A DNA stretch of 59,420 bases, the filler included, from Sphacelaria rigidula (taxonomy: Eukaryota): assembly GCA_964200075.2 (NCBI GenBank). It is 3 parts of 3 records of this genome, joined end to end, with 100 filler letters (N's around TTAATTAATTAA, not from the genome) between each part and the next. Parts side by side here need not be neighbours in the genome. Positions count along the whole stretch, not along the records: positions 19,845 to 39,582 come from CAXNAA020000620.1; 2 more parts are not named here. One strand, given 5' to 3'. Position 1 is the stretch's first letter. Every line of letters begins with the position of its first letter. Both the position numbers and the translations under genes were made by a program. Under the pieces are notes generated by a model. It did not search any database. It was not told the DNA's origin and saw only the letters and a list, made by a program, of their open reading frames with translations. Shown in pieces: positions 27,701 through 39,582 of the stretch.

Positions 27701-30700
27701 CAGAACAGCACAGCTCTTGGCTCACTCGCGCCGAAATTTTGCATATACGCGGCATGAGTGCGTTCTCCTTGTTCTGACTGCTGTATGTCGCGTGATTGCT
27801 GCTCTGAGCCTTGAATCTCGAAGTACACGACCCACCCCACTGTGTGTTCAGGCAACGGATATTGGAGCGAGGATCCTGCGATCCGGAGGTAATGCTGTGG
27901 ACGCTGCGATCGCCACCTCGGCAGCTCTTTGCGGTAAGCGCTCGCATGAACTTCGCACGCAATCCATTGGGGAACTTTACTAGTGCAAGAAGGAATGATA
28001 CCCATCGCCATCACTCACGAGAAACAACAGTCAAACATTGATGTGACACACAAGTGAAAAATTGTCGTTTTTTAATATTATTTCGTGGGTCGCCCGAGCA
28101 TAACTACGGGGTTTTGATTTTGATTTTGATTGATTGATTGTCGCACTTTAAGGACCCCCCTGGGATCCAGCCGTGGTCCCATGATAGACGCACCCGAGAC
28201 CAAACAACACTGAAGCACTCGCTGAAGAAAAGTGAAGGGCAACAGAAAAGGTAGAACAGAACAACAGAGTAGACTGAATTCAAAAAGAAAAAAAGAAACA
28301 GAAATTAGAAATAACCAGAAATGACCGGCCTCTGCCACATGGCTTCGGTTGAAAAGATGGCGGCTCATCTACTACATCACTCTTTTGGGTACGAACCCTC
28401 TCATCCATGGGATCTACGGAAGCGAGGCACCAAACTGCTGTGGCATACACCGGCAGGAAAGAACACATAGGTAGAGAGAAAGATGAGGAAAGGGAGAGCA
28501 GAGAGGGAGACTACAGAAATGGTAAAGCCCAAAGGATTCAGGGCAGCAGAGCAGATAACGACACACACCAGGGGGACACCGCAGAAGCACCGACTGAGGA
28601 CACATTTAACAACCGATAGTGGTGGACATAATTTTTCGATTGGCGGCTCTCGACGCAGCAGCCTCTCGTTTGCGACGGCGGTCCGATTCTCGTTTGTTCC
28701 CGCGTCGCCACTTGTCCTCGAACTCTTACGCTCCCTTTCCGACTCCAAGATGCCATTTGCCCATGTTCTTCGACGCAGTGATCCAATCATATGCATCGTT
28801 AACCTCTATATTGCATACGAACCATCTCCGTCGTGCTCCTTTTTGTGGAACAGCCGCTAGTACCCGTAGGTTCTCCAGGAGGTTTACCCCCCTAGTGTTT
28901 CGGGGAGCGGCCAGCCTCCATGGGTGTACGAAGCAAATGTCCCTCCGGCGCCAAGTGTAAACCGGCGACGAACAGCACCGCGACATTTGTTGTGCCAGGA
29001 CAAACACGGACATCTTAATAGAGGTATCTCAAACTCGAGATTCCTGGTATGTTTCACAGTAACGTCCAGTCAAATATACCGGGAACCTCGAGTTTGAGAT
29101 ACCTCTAACAGTCAGTGAAATTACAAGGCGCGGTAATGTTATCAAATTAGCGGGTGAACCTTCCTTCCCAGGGCTGTGTACTATTAATACCCTGTACACC
29201 CACTGTAAACGGTTGAATGGCATGTTTTGGTGTGGATTCTTATCTTGACACGGCGCAGATGGACCATTTGGTGGTTCAACGCGGAAGAGGAAATAACCTC
29301 AAGCTTCTTGGTACATTGTAGTGCAGTCGACGCCATCCTACTAGTCCGAAATATGTCGATGCGTGTTGCGCTCTATCGATCAATGCACGACCCACAGAAA
29401 GCAATGGAGCTAATGCCACCTGCACCTCCTCCACAGTCGTGCACCCACACTCTAACCAGACCTCATGTCACTACGAAACAAACAGCAGTAGCATCTCCCG
29501 TCTGCCCCCCCCCACCCCCCCCCCCCGCCCTCACGGATCCTACCACGAAAAATTTTCCAAAATACGCAGTTCTAGAGCCGTGCTCCACGGGGTTAGGGGG
29601 CGACTGCTTCATGCTGTACTACGAGGCGTCGACGAAAAAGGTACACGCGCTCAACGGGTCGGGACGAGCACCGGCAGCGCTGACCTTAGATCGTTGCCTT
29701 GCAGACCTTCGCGCAACTCAAACCCCCGCCCCCACCACGGGCCTTCCTCCTCTACTGGCAGAGATCCCCCCCCTCCATCCGCACTCCGTCACTGTACCCG
29801 GCGCCGCGGCGGGGTGGGTGGACGCCGTAACGAGATTTGGGTCGGGGGCCCTAACCATGTCGCAGCTGCTAGAACCCGCGGCTGTGTTGGCGGATGAGGG
29901 TTTTCCTGTGTCTCCAATCACAGCCTTTTGGTGGGATCGGTGCGCCTATCAGCTTGAGTCTGGTCCGCACGGGTCGGCGTTGAAGATGCCCAGTGGAAAA
30001 ACACCGGCGACAGGCGAGGTGTTTCGAAACCCTGACATGGCAGGCGTTTTGCGGGAGCTGGGGACGGGGGGTAAGAAGGCGTTTTATGAGGGAAGAATTG
30101 CAGAGGCGATGGTGGAGGTGCTCGCCGGGTTAGGAGGTGTCATGACCATGGAAGATCTAAAGGTGATGTAGATTTTTGTCGCACCCAGCGCTCTTGTTTA
30201 GTACAAAAGTCTGTCGTGGACAATGTGGGGTTCCGTTGGAAAATATCCCACGAGTTCTCAAGGTAGTCAGTGGATCAGTGTACTATGTTGTGGGTACGTA
30301 CTTGGCTAAAGTACAGTTCTAGACTTCTAATGCGCTGACCGGAGCCAGAGCACGACGTACTTTCGCAAAAAACTGAAAAATGTGTCGTGCATCCACTGCT
30401 GACATGCCTAGTTATCTGGACGGGCACATATGTGCTCAATCCGAAACCATCCCGGTTGATCCGACCGCAGACGTTTTCGTTCACAACCCACAGGCGCACG
30501 AGACGGGGTTCGTGGAATCCATCTCCACGGAATTCGCCGGCGTGCGCGTTCACGAAGTGCCGCCCAACGGCCAGGGTATCACTGCCCTCCTCGCCCTCAA
30601 TCTGCTCAAGGAAATGGGCATAGGTACCGATTCTAAATCCGCGGACATTCCCGTGTTTGAAGGCAGTCGCGACACCAGCGGCGCCAGCAAAAGCAAGGGG

Positions 30701-33700
30701 GAGGAGGGGGAATCGGCCTACTTGCACAGACTGATCGAGGTATTGCGATTGGCGTTCGCCGATACGAGGTGGTACTGCGCGGACCCTGACAAGGTGGACG
30801 TCCCGGTCGAGGAGCTATTGAGCCAGGGATACGCAGCGGAGCGTGCTCGTCTTTTTGACCCGTCGAGGTAAACGAACTTTAGTGATCTGCATCCCGTGTG
30901 TGCATATTCTGCAAGGGTACATTTACGCATCGTCTGTTGTGCTGGTGAATTCGTCCCGTGGCCATGATCCCGGGATGATTTCGTGGTGCCGATGCGTGCA
31001 CGTAGAGGGAATCGTTTGCGTCGACGCCCCGCACTCCCGGCTCCCCAATACCCGCAGTGGATACAAGAGGCACGAACGACGGAAAAGAATAAAAAGCCTT
31101 ACCGCTTACTCTGTTTTTGCGCACTTGCCTTCATTTTTCTCGGCGAATTGCATCTCGTCTGCCCTCTGTGCCCTTGCTCAATTCCCCAATTGCAGGGCAT
31201 CGGTTGACGTGGTGAAAGGCAGTCCCACCAAAAGCTCTTGTACGGTGAGCTTTCAGACCGTGGATGACGCAGGGAACGCTGTATCCTTCGTCAACTCTAA
31301 CTACTTGGGCTTCGGATCTGGCATTGTCCCGAGGGGCTGTGGCTTCACGCTGCAGAGCAGGGGCTCCAACTTTGTTCTCGACCCAGCGCATCCCAACGTC
31401 CTCGCTTCGGTATGTGTTTTGCTCATCCACGTAACGCTGTCCGCGTCTTTCGTGGCGCTGTCTTGTCTAGCGCTCGTGGAGGTTTTGTGCCTTACTTCTT
31501 GAGAGATGCTCCAATCGATTGCGCGAGAGTTTAAACTATCCCGGGAGCCAACACCCGTTGCGCAGTTTGCCATGTAGTTTACTGCGAATAGCGAGGATGC
31601 CGAGGAAAAGTGTCACAAAGGAGTGATGCTGGAAATTTCTCCGCCTCGACGTCGTTTGATGTTTCCGAAAGTGGCCCGAATTTTCTCAACAGTTTCACTC
31701 TGGTCTACCTCACTTCTGTTTTCCATGTTTCCGTTCCGACGCAAGAAATATTTCTTGACGTGTTGGCTGCTTACTTGATATACGCTGTTCTTAACCGTTC
31801 CTGTTGATTTTTCCGGCGCACAGGGCAAGCGGCCGTTTCACACGATCATACCGTGTATGATCACCAGGGAAGACACGGGGGAGTTGTGGGCGACTATGAC
31901 CAACATGGTGAGTAACGCTTGTTGCTGAACTATGCTTTGAGAGTGTCCAGTTTAACCTCTACAAAGAAGGGTACGGGCTCAGGTCAAAAGCTACTGTAAG
32001 AAAATGAAGCCCCCCACATTCTGTGTATTGCACTCTTTTGTTATTCGGCATTGCTATGGAGAAAATGAGCAATCCCCAGCGGACGCTTCAGCCGCAAAAC
32101 ACGATGTCGTCGTCAGGAGGTGTTGCGAGTAATCTTGTGGTACTGGAGTTGTATGGAAGGCATAATCTAGCGCTGCCGAGCCGAATTCGTTGTACCTTGT
32201 CCGGTGATGTTTCGTCATCCGCAATACGAAATTCCAACGACGTCTCTATACGACTTCCCTCTTCGTTCGCAGGTTGACTGAAACATTGGTGGGGAAAATA
32301 CTCCCAAGTTAATCGTGCAACAGTATTTATCGCGCTTAAAACGTGGTTGCTTGTACGTACTGTTGGTTACTTTGCCGTTTCTTTGAGGAGGTGCCACCAA
32401 CATTTGTGAAAGTGTCACTAGAACGAGGACATACTCAGTTGCGAGCACTAGTAGTGCTCCGTGGTCGAGCTCGAACTTCCATCTAAACGCAAAGCGTGAG
32501 TGCAAAGGATTGACCATAATGCTCTGGAATAGAAGTGCCACCTTCCCCCAATCTCCATGATTCTCCAACACTCTACGTGTTGCAAATACATGCGACTTGT
32601 GATAACTCTATTTTTGTCAACATGAAGCAAGGATTGACATTGCTACTTCTTCTCTTTTCACATTTAGAGGTTCTGGAGTACTTCGCTATTTCGTTATATC
32701 GAGCATAATGGTAACTGCTGACGTTGCTCTATTTTCAAATGCGTACCAAAACAGGGTGGGTTCATGCAGCCTCAAGGGCATGTGCAACTACTGATGAACA
32801 TGCTCGTGAGAGGCATGGACCCACAGGCCGCAATAGACGCCCCGCGCTTTTGCATTCGGGACGGGGCCGTAGATGCCAAAGTAGGACTCGAGCCGTGGCT
32901 ACCGCTTGACTCCAAAGGCAATGAAACGGTGGAAATAGCTGTCTCTACAGGTGGAAAGATCGGTGAAAACAAAGGTCAAGAGCGAGCGGGGGGGGAGCGC
33001 GTCGCCGAGGAACTACGTTCGAAGGGTCATGATATTGTGGTTGTAAGAGGGCATGGCCGTGCCGAGATGGGTCGAGCTCAGGTATATACTTTTGAGTTGA
33101 TTTTTTGTAGTGGACGTTTTCGGTCGTGGCACTAGCGTGCTAGTTGGCCCGGGGTATTGTCTCGATTTTCTTCCTGCCACTCAGCTTCTCTCCCTTGGAG
33201 CCCAGATATGTTTCATCTGTCTGATTTTTCGACGTATCTTTTTTCAAAAATGGTCTCCTCTTGTAACTGTTAGTTTGGGCTCGATGCCAAGAGAGAGGCG
33301 CCATCCCAAAAGCTACCGCTGTGATGATGGAGCATTTGTATGTGCGCAGATGGTGTCAGCCATCGCTAATAATATCTTCGCAACTTCCTATTTTGTTTTG
33401 AGTTTTCCTCAGCGAGTGTTTATGTATCCTCTTCAAAGAGTGTTTTCTCCAACGAGTGTTTCCGTTTTGCTTTTCCCGGGCACGTCTACCTTGTGACCAT
33501 GACTGGACTTGTCGGATCAATCAGCATCAGTCAGTGAATGCGCATCAATCAATATCAATCCATCAATCGACCGACAAACCAACCATTACTTGTTGAAGCG
33601 CATCTTCTCGAGTCTTTCACACTGTGATCGTACCTTGAATCGAGAGGATATATCTGTTGTCGAAGCTCTCTTTCCACACTGTTGAACCTTGCGTCCGAGA

Positions 33701-33903
33701 GTGGAGCTGGAGCGTGTGCTTCTACTCAATACTACGCGCATGTTGCTACTGATTGATTGATTGATTATCTCACATTAGCTGGTTGCAACAACTCAGGCCG
33801 TGGTCAGGAGCAGCAAAAAAAAAGCAGAAAAAGACGGAAGGAAAGGAACAGAAAAAGACAGAAGCAACAGCCACAGAAAGAAAAGAAGAAAGGAGGCAGC
33901 AGC

Positions 33904-33952
<49 letters not shown>

Positions 33953-34504
33953 TGCACAAACACATACAGAAACAACACAACGATATGATTATCTCGCATT
34001 ACGTAGCTGATTGCAAAAATCCAGCTCGTGATCAGAAACGGACGAAAAATTGGAGAAAAGTGAAAGAAATGAAAAAATAGAAGAATAGAATACCTGTAGC
34101 GTATGTTGCTGTAGTTCACTTCCGTTCCGCCGTCGAACATCATGCGCGTTGAGCTACATTTACTGACGATAAACATATCCATATATTATGTGTACTCGTA
34201 TGCTTCTTGGGAATGCTACAATGCCGATTTGTGGTGTATTTATCACACCGCGTGGTCTTTATTCGGCGTGGATCATGTGTTTGTGGTGCAACAGTGATCA
34301 AGATCATACAGGCAGCTCCGCCATCACTTGCGCCTCTACAGCTGACGCTTGTATATATCGTCTCCTCCTTTTCCCCGCCTTCGCGCCGTTTCTCAAAACC
34401 CCACAAAACGCCCCCAGATTATCCAGCGCAGAGTATCCGGGGACACGCAAGTTTTGTGGGCAGCTTCCGATGGCCGGGCAGACGGGTGTGCCATGGCATG
34501 GTGA
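21693..34504 (+). CDS. ggt: Gamma-glutamyltranspeptidase / Ntn-hydrolase family protein (YwrD/HpxW-like subgroup), 8 exons, 617 aa
   Basis: Exons 21693-21785, 27852-27933, 29570-30162, 30494-30867, 31196-31409, 31824-31907, 32755-33081 and 34418-34504 join through GT-AG introns with consistent phases into 1854 nt. Family motifs occur in the correct order: [173 protein letters not shown]. Confidence 0.95.
22779..23070 (+). mobile_element. Harbinger-like MITE, partial copy in GGT intron 1
   Basis: Starts tta|ggccggatgttacggcaaacagattttt; homologous to 58738-59014. Confidence 0.7.
23184..23538. mobile_element. MITE (~355 bp) with ~35-bp TIRs and internal cctcc/ggagg subrepeats
   Basis: cacacgcggccatttggctacccccaaaattcctcc ... 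ggaggcattttgggggtagaaaaatggccgcgtgtg. Confidence 0.8.
23589..27642 (+). mobile_element. Decayed LTR-type element, or two related solo LTRs (23589-23930, 27305-27642), in GGT intron 1
   Basis: Two diverged ~340-bp direct repeats, both starting TGTTCCTGTGAA and ending CA. A purine-rich aagttaaggggacg lies just before the second. No TSD or RT/integrase motif was recognised. Confidence 0.55.
25690..26100. repeat. Degenerate tandem repeat, ~4 units of ~90-105 bp
   Basis: Recurring cacgacatg...gtatctggtatcacccg...tcgagctg...ctgacagaactgg. Confidence 0.75.
27852..27933 (+). CDS. GGT-family gene exon 2 ([27 protein letters not shown])
   Basis: Acceptor ttcag, donor [14 protein letters not shown] motif. 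Confidence 0.93.
29021..29105. mobile_element. 85-bp hairpin mini-MITE flanked by TA, in GGT intron 2
   Basis: gaggtatctcaaactcgagattcctggtatgttt ... aaatataccgggaacctcgagtttgagatacctc, with TA at 29019-29020 and 29106-29107. Confidence 0.8.
29570..30162 (+). CDS. GGT-family gene exon 3
   Basis: Acceptor cgcag, phase-1 junction gives [12 protein letters not shown]; donor GTGATG at 30163. Confidence 0.95.
30494..30867 (+). CDS. GGT-family gene exon 4
   Basis: Acceptor cacag, EVPPNGQG and LAFAD motifs, donor GTAAAC. Confidence 0.95.
31196..31409 (+). CDS. GGT-family gene exon 5, containing the predicted autocleavage/catalytic Thr (codon 31242-31244, Thr397)
   Basis: Acceptor tgcag, [24 protein letters not shown], donor GTATGT. 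Confidence 0.95.
31824..31907 (+). CDS. GGT-family gene exon 6 ([28 protein letters not shown])
   Basis: Acceptor cacag, donor GTGAGT, 84 nt in frame; not in the ORF track. Confidence 0.93.
32755..33081 (+). CDS. GGT-family gene exon 7
   Basis: Acceptor aacag, [11 protein letters not shown] and DAPRF motifs, donor GTATAT. Confidence 0.93.
33750..34090 (-). mobile_element. Retroposon 3' end(s) with (TCAA)n tail and a (CAA)16 microsatellite (33903-33950), in GGT intron 7
   Basis: Homology to 3699-3850; a second degenerate start near 33987. Confidence 0.6.
34418..34504 (+). CDS. GGT-family gene exon 8 ([28 protein letters not shown])
   Basis: Acceptor cccag, C-terminal SD.RADG motif, TGA at 34502-34504. 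Confidence 0.92.
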   Translation: MIQRRVSGDTQVLWAASDGRADGCAMAW

Positions 34505-36948
34505 CACGTGTCACATTCTGCTAGCGCCACGCAAAGACTGTAAATTAGCCAGCATTGTCTACGCGTGTGTGTTGAGAGTGCGGGAGGCGCGTAAGTAGTG
34601 GATCGATCCCCTTGCTCGAAAGACGGGGGAAAGTTCTGGGACCCTTCCCTTCCACTGTGCGCTGGTCAATATCCATACACGCATTTCTATTTTTGTTTTT
34701 GTTTTTGTTTTTATTTTACTTTACTTGTCGCGCTTTGAACCGCTTCCCTTCCCTGGGACGACTCCGTGGTCTCAAGGGATCATCCCATCTCTCCCCGGTA
34801 CGCATATATGTGTGTTTGAGTGTGTGTTGTTGAAGAAAGCGGTCATAGTTCTAACGGACGGAATATCCTGCCAAGCACAGCTGTTATTGGCCAACGGGAC
34901 GTTCGAAGGTCATAGCAGTAGGCAGAAAGTACTTCACGCCGAGTTTATGAAACAGTCATGCATGTCCCTTATTCTTTAGTATGGAATGCGAATGGATTCG
35001 GTGGGTGTTGCAGGAGAGTACTTGCATGAAGTATGGCTGGAAAATAAAACAAGTCATCATTGATCCTACGCGACTGGGGTAAGTAGTATTGCTTGCTTGT
35101 CCTTGCCCTCAGGACGTACATTCACGATTTATCTGGAGGAGATGGCAAACGCCAGGATACGATTTTCGTGATTTGTGTTGCGGATTTCGTGTCGTTTTCT
35201 ATTGTTGATAATGTGCTCTCCTGTTTCAGAGGCACTATGGCTTCTTAGAACCAAACCATAATGAATGTAAGCTCATTTCTACTGCGAGCGATAAATGGGC
35301 TTCCCCCCCCCCCTCCTCCCTTAAGAAGAAACATCCCTGTCTGGCTATAATAACCTCCGTTGAAAGTAGATGTAAGAAGCACGCGTAAAAGACTCACGGG
35401 TGATGATGTGGAAAGTCCGTGGACTCAACTATTTCTTGTTCGTAGTGCGTTGCGAAGGGTTCCAAAGTGTTACGGTAGGCAATATAAATCGCTTGGGTGT
35501 TCGCGATGGTGGTATGACGTTATGTATACTAGTCACACGTGAGCGAATGGCTTACTGTGAAAGGCCCTGCGGAAAAACCCTGTAGAAACGTTTGCGCCGT
35601 TCCGTGGCGCGAGAGTGTCAAAATCTTCCCTATATCGATATCTGGCTTTCAAATCCTCTGGCGTTCCCTGTCAATCTATGAGGAAAAGATCAATACACAA
35701 CCTATGGTGAGCTCAAGTAGGTTAATGTCAACAGCTGTCCGATATAGCCCAGACCTTGTTGGTTGTTAGCTCACTCAGATTTTGATTTTTGGAAGAAAAT
35801 GGAGCGAAGCTTCATACATTGATTGATAGCGACGCGCCGGCGCTTGTTTCGGCAAGGGCTAGGCGCACTCGAGTCATTCGGATGTGACCTACTTGTTCAT
35901 ACTGATTGCGGCCGCATGCTAGCCCAATAGACGAACTATGATTGACGGTGATCGCAACACTCCGCACCATGTGATGCGTTCATTCTTGTCACACTTCCAA
36001 ATTCTTCCCTTTCTCTGGACGAGTCCCCGGGACATGTTCGTGATCACACAGGATGAACCAATCTCTTCCCCGTTATACGCCTCACATTTCCGTATCGGGG
36101 ATTGGATCATGACCAGCCGTCCCGCACCGCGTGGGCTCTCGTCAACTTGTTTTATTTTATTTTTACTTCGAAGCATCTTCCGAACGACCGACACATCGAC
36201 AGAAATGGGACACTCCTCGGGGGAAACCCAATCGCACGATCCGGAAATCGAACATGCATCCTTCTGACCTAATTACCAATAGTGTCAGTATAACCAACTA
36301 GACAACCGTGAAACTACAAATGGCTAGTTGCAGCATAGAGAAATGACAGGCCGAAGCAAGGGAACAATTCACGCAGACACGATCCATGACAAAAAGAGTC
36401 CACCCACGAGAACACACACACACACATACACACACACGCACGCACACACGACTGTCAGCATCAATATTATCCCGCTTTCTTTTTACATCTTCTTCATCTT
36501 CCCTGAGCTACTCTCTGGTCGCGGGGTTCAGCCATGTTCCTCGTGGCACTCCCCCGTTGACCATCTCTGTTGGGATTTCGTTTGCCACTCCCAAAGCCTT
36601 GCCCGCAACCGTCCTCGTCTCTTCTGGCGTCGAGTCATCATCCTCGTCGGATGTTGGGGTACCTTATGGTGGAAGTGAGTCGTTGATCCGCAACGCCCCT
36701 ATCACTTGTCCTGTGGACTTGCCAGAAAGCTTTGGAGCATAGTAGCGACTTAGAATTGGCGTTCCGCTCGTGCGCGTGTGACTGCTTGATCCATTTCATC
36801 GTTTCGGCGCTTGTTTTATGTTGTTAAACATCCATCCCCTGCCTCAACAGGGAAACTGGCGAACACAAGAGTAGTACCTATCCGAGATCGCCAGGTGTGA
36901 AACACACTGTTTGTTGTCCAGCGAAATTTTATCGTGTGCTCTTGAAAT

Positions 36949-38475
36949 TGAGCCACCTACTTCGAGACAAGTCCATCTAGAGCTCTAGATGACTCAAGCT
37001 AACCCTTTTGGAACCCTCCCTTCCTGTCCCCGGGCCAAACGCCTCATGATGAGAAGCCCTGACAAAGAGGGAAAAAAGATGAGAGCAGAAAAGGCCGACG
37101 GCAACCGTTTTATAATGGAACACCGAAGAAGAATCCAGTAGCACATGCGGCGGGTGCAGGAAAAATGTCCTCCCTGGAGAGGTCGGGTGAGGTTTGTCCA
37201 ATCATACCATGCACGCAACGGATGACGTGTCCAATTGCATCCAGCGACAATAATCGGCGAAAACACTATGAAATATTCCATTCAAAAGTCAGCAATGGGT
37301 TCCAGGGTCTGATACGGCACATCGGTAAATAGGAAACCTTTTGTTGTTCCACTCTGCACTCGCACGGGTCTAAAAAATACGCGTTTGGTGAATATTGTTG
37401 CGTCTGAGCTGTAAACCATCAGTCATATCTTGCTCAGAAACGGTCAATTGCAAATGATCTATTTTCCGTTGTGAATTCCAAAAGGGTTGAGGTTTGGTGC
37501 GGATTCTGTCCGGCGATATCCCTTCTCACGCGTTTTTTCATATTTCTAGGCATCAAGCAAACAATCAGTGACTCAGCCAATCAAGCTACCTACTTCGAGG
37601 CACGAGCTCCTAGAGCCCCAGGTGGCTCAATTTGACGTTCGATGCGGATTCCGTCGGGCAATGCTTCTTCGTTCAGCGACTATTTGTCGCATCTTTGTTT
37701 CAGCCAAGCCACTTACTTCGAGGCACGTGCTCCTGTAGCCCTAGGTTGCTACGGTTGACTATTTTCTGGGGGTTTTGGCCGGCGAACACTTTTCGGCCAT
37801 ATCGTAGTTTCTGTGTTTTCTCGAAACCAACCCACCTACTACAGTACTTTCAAGACACGTGCTTCTAGAGCTCTAGGCGACTACGGCCGAGGTCTGGTGT
37901 GGATGTCAGTAGGCGGATTTCTATTGTCTAGCAAATATATTGACCATTTTCATGAAATCACACCACCTACTCGACAGACGTGCTGCAGAAGCTTTGGGCA
38001 GCCAAAGTGGCAGTTAGATATGGCTTTTCCCGCGATGTTTTTCGGTGCAATGGCTGCTTTTTGTACAGTATTTCCTTGACATCAAGCCAGACACGTGCTC
38101 CTAGAGCTCCATGAGGCTGTAGTTGCAGCTTGGTGTGGATTTTGCCGGGCGATGTTGTAGCGTCCAGCGAAGATTTTTCGCATTTTCTCAGTATTAGGTC
38201 ACCTGCTTCGAGAGACGTGCTCCTCCCAGAGCCCTATGCGACTAAAGTAAAGGTACAATTTGGTGTGGATGTCCTCCAGCGACCACAATATTTTTTGCGA
38301 ATATTTTTGGTATCTTCTCAAGATCGAGCTGCCTACTTCGACACTCGTGCCCTCCAAGCTCTATTCATAGGTGCTTGAGGTGGAGTTTTGCTGTGGATTT
38401 TCACCCGGCAAGGTTGTTTTCTCCTGCGAATGTCTCGTATCTCCTTGATATCAAGCCACCTACTGTCGAGGTATT
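36949..38475. repeat. Diverged tandem array, ~125-bp period, 9 cores
   Basis: Core caagccacctacttcgagacacgtgctcctagagc at 36949, 37582, 37705, 37828, 37959, 38083, 38195, 38325 and 38452. Confidence 0.85.
37003..37486. mobile_element. piggyBac-like non-autonomous element inserted in the tandem array
   Basis: Ends CCCTTTTGGAA ... TTCCAAAAGGG; flanks CTAA and TTGA are each one change from TTAA. Confidence 0.6.
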
Positions 38476-39484
38476 CCCAGATTTCCAAGCGGTTTCGGCG
38501 AACCGTTCGTCTTTCCTGCGATACAAATCAATTATGGCCTATGATTCTTGTGGCAAATTGTCTTAAAATCAAAACTCGACTCAATTGAGAAGCACTACTT
38601 ATTTATATAACAGAGTTGAGTGTAACCTAATGTTGGATACATCCACTGAACAGTCACTCACAACTGTTTCCGATCCGGTAGAGAGTAGATCACCCAATGA
38701 TAAGGCAGAAGCCTGAGACGATAGCTCAAAACCCTGTCGTGGAGGTAATTTATTGATTTATACTGTTCAAGTAGGCTACTGATGCCTGAGAGGGATCGGA
38801 TGGATAATGCCAAGGGGTTGACTGCTCAACGACCCGTCGGACACATAATTCGGCAGGTCAAAGCTCAGTGGATACCCCGTGGCCGTAACGAACCACATAC
38901 GTCTTCTGAAACGATTATCCACCAGTCATGAGAAATTCCACACAACTTCGACGAGCCTTGCTGACCACAGATTTCAATGTTTCATCCTTGAACCAGGCAA
39001 CAACGAACACAACCACGCACGACTGCTTGTAGCGCACTTCTAAAAAACCAAGGTATGGTGGAGGGACATGACGACGAGCGGAGGATAGAGTTCATCGATC
39101 GGGCAGGGAAAGCGCAACCTGTGAAGTCTCGAGTACGTCGGCGTCGGAGCATAACACACGGGAGTTATCGCCGAGAGTTATCGCCAGCGAAGCGCTCGTT
39201 AATAATTCTCAACGAAGTGGTCACCACCCCGCGCGAGACCCGTAGAGGTGGGGGATACAACTCAATGCTTCAAGGCGAAAAAAGATGCCCCACCCATCTC
39301 CGGGAGAGGCACACCCCCGCATGCTCACATATCGACGTTGAGATTGTTGCAAATTTAGATAGAACAGTCTAAGCTCGTTGTGTGTGATTCAAATCGCCGC
39401 TACAAGGTTCTATACTGTATAAGCGGCACGACTTGAATGATATTTATTTGTTACGGTTCAGGTGAGACTGTAAACCACAATGCC

Positions 39485-39571
39485 GGTCGCCCCGGTGGCT
39501 CAGTTGGTAACTCGTAACCTTCTGTTGGTTGAGATGTGGAGTTCGACTCCCGGAGCGATCTGGGATTTTTT
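39485..39571 (+). other. tRNA-derived Pol III head (SINE 5' end or tRNA pseudogene)
   Basis: A box TGGCTCAGTTGG at 39496-39507, B box GTTCGACTCC at 39541-39550, anticodon-like arm TAACC-TTCTGTT-GGTTG, end pairing 39486-39495 with 39550-39559, T6 run. D and T stems are imperfect. Confidence 0.65.
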
Positions 39572-39582
39572 CTTATAGGATG

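Noticed and set aside
29227-29569. N-terminal part of the 314-aa ORF as GGT coding sequence
   Set aside because: Intronic read-through with poly-C; homology starts only at the acceptor 29569/29570.
33757-34182. Poly-N/Q/T/V ORFs
   Set aside because: Translations of the (CAA)16 microsatellite within GGT intron 7.
35920-36745. Minus-strand coding-like fragments
   Set aside because: In-frame stops and no recognisable family; at most a decayed pseudogene or TE, not supportable as a gene.
36949-38475. CRISPR-like array (conserved core plus variable spacers)
   Set aside because: Cores are degenerate, the ~90-bp linkers are mutually homologous, there are no cas genes and the context is eukaryotic.
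39485-39571. Functional tRNA-Gln(CTG)
   Set aside because: D stem and T stem do not pair canonically; a SINE head or pseudogene fits better.
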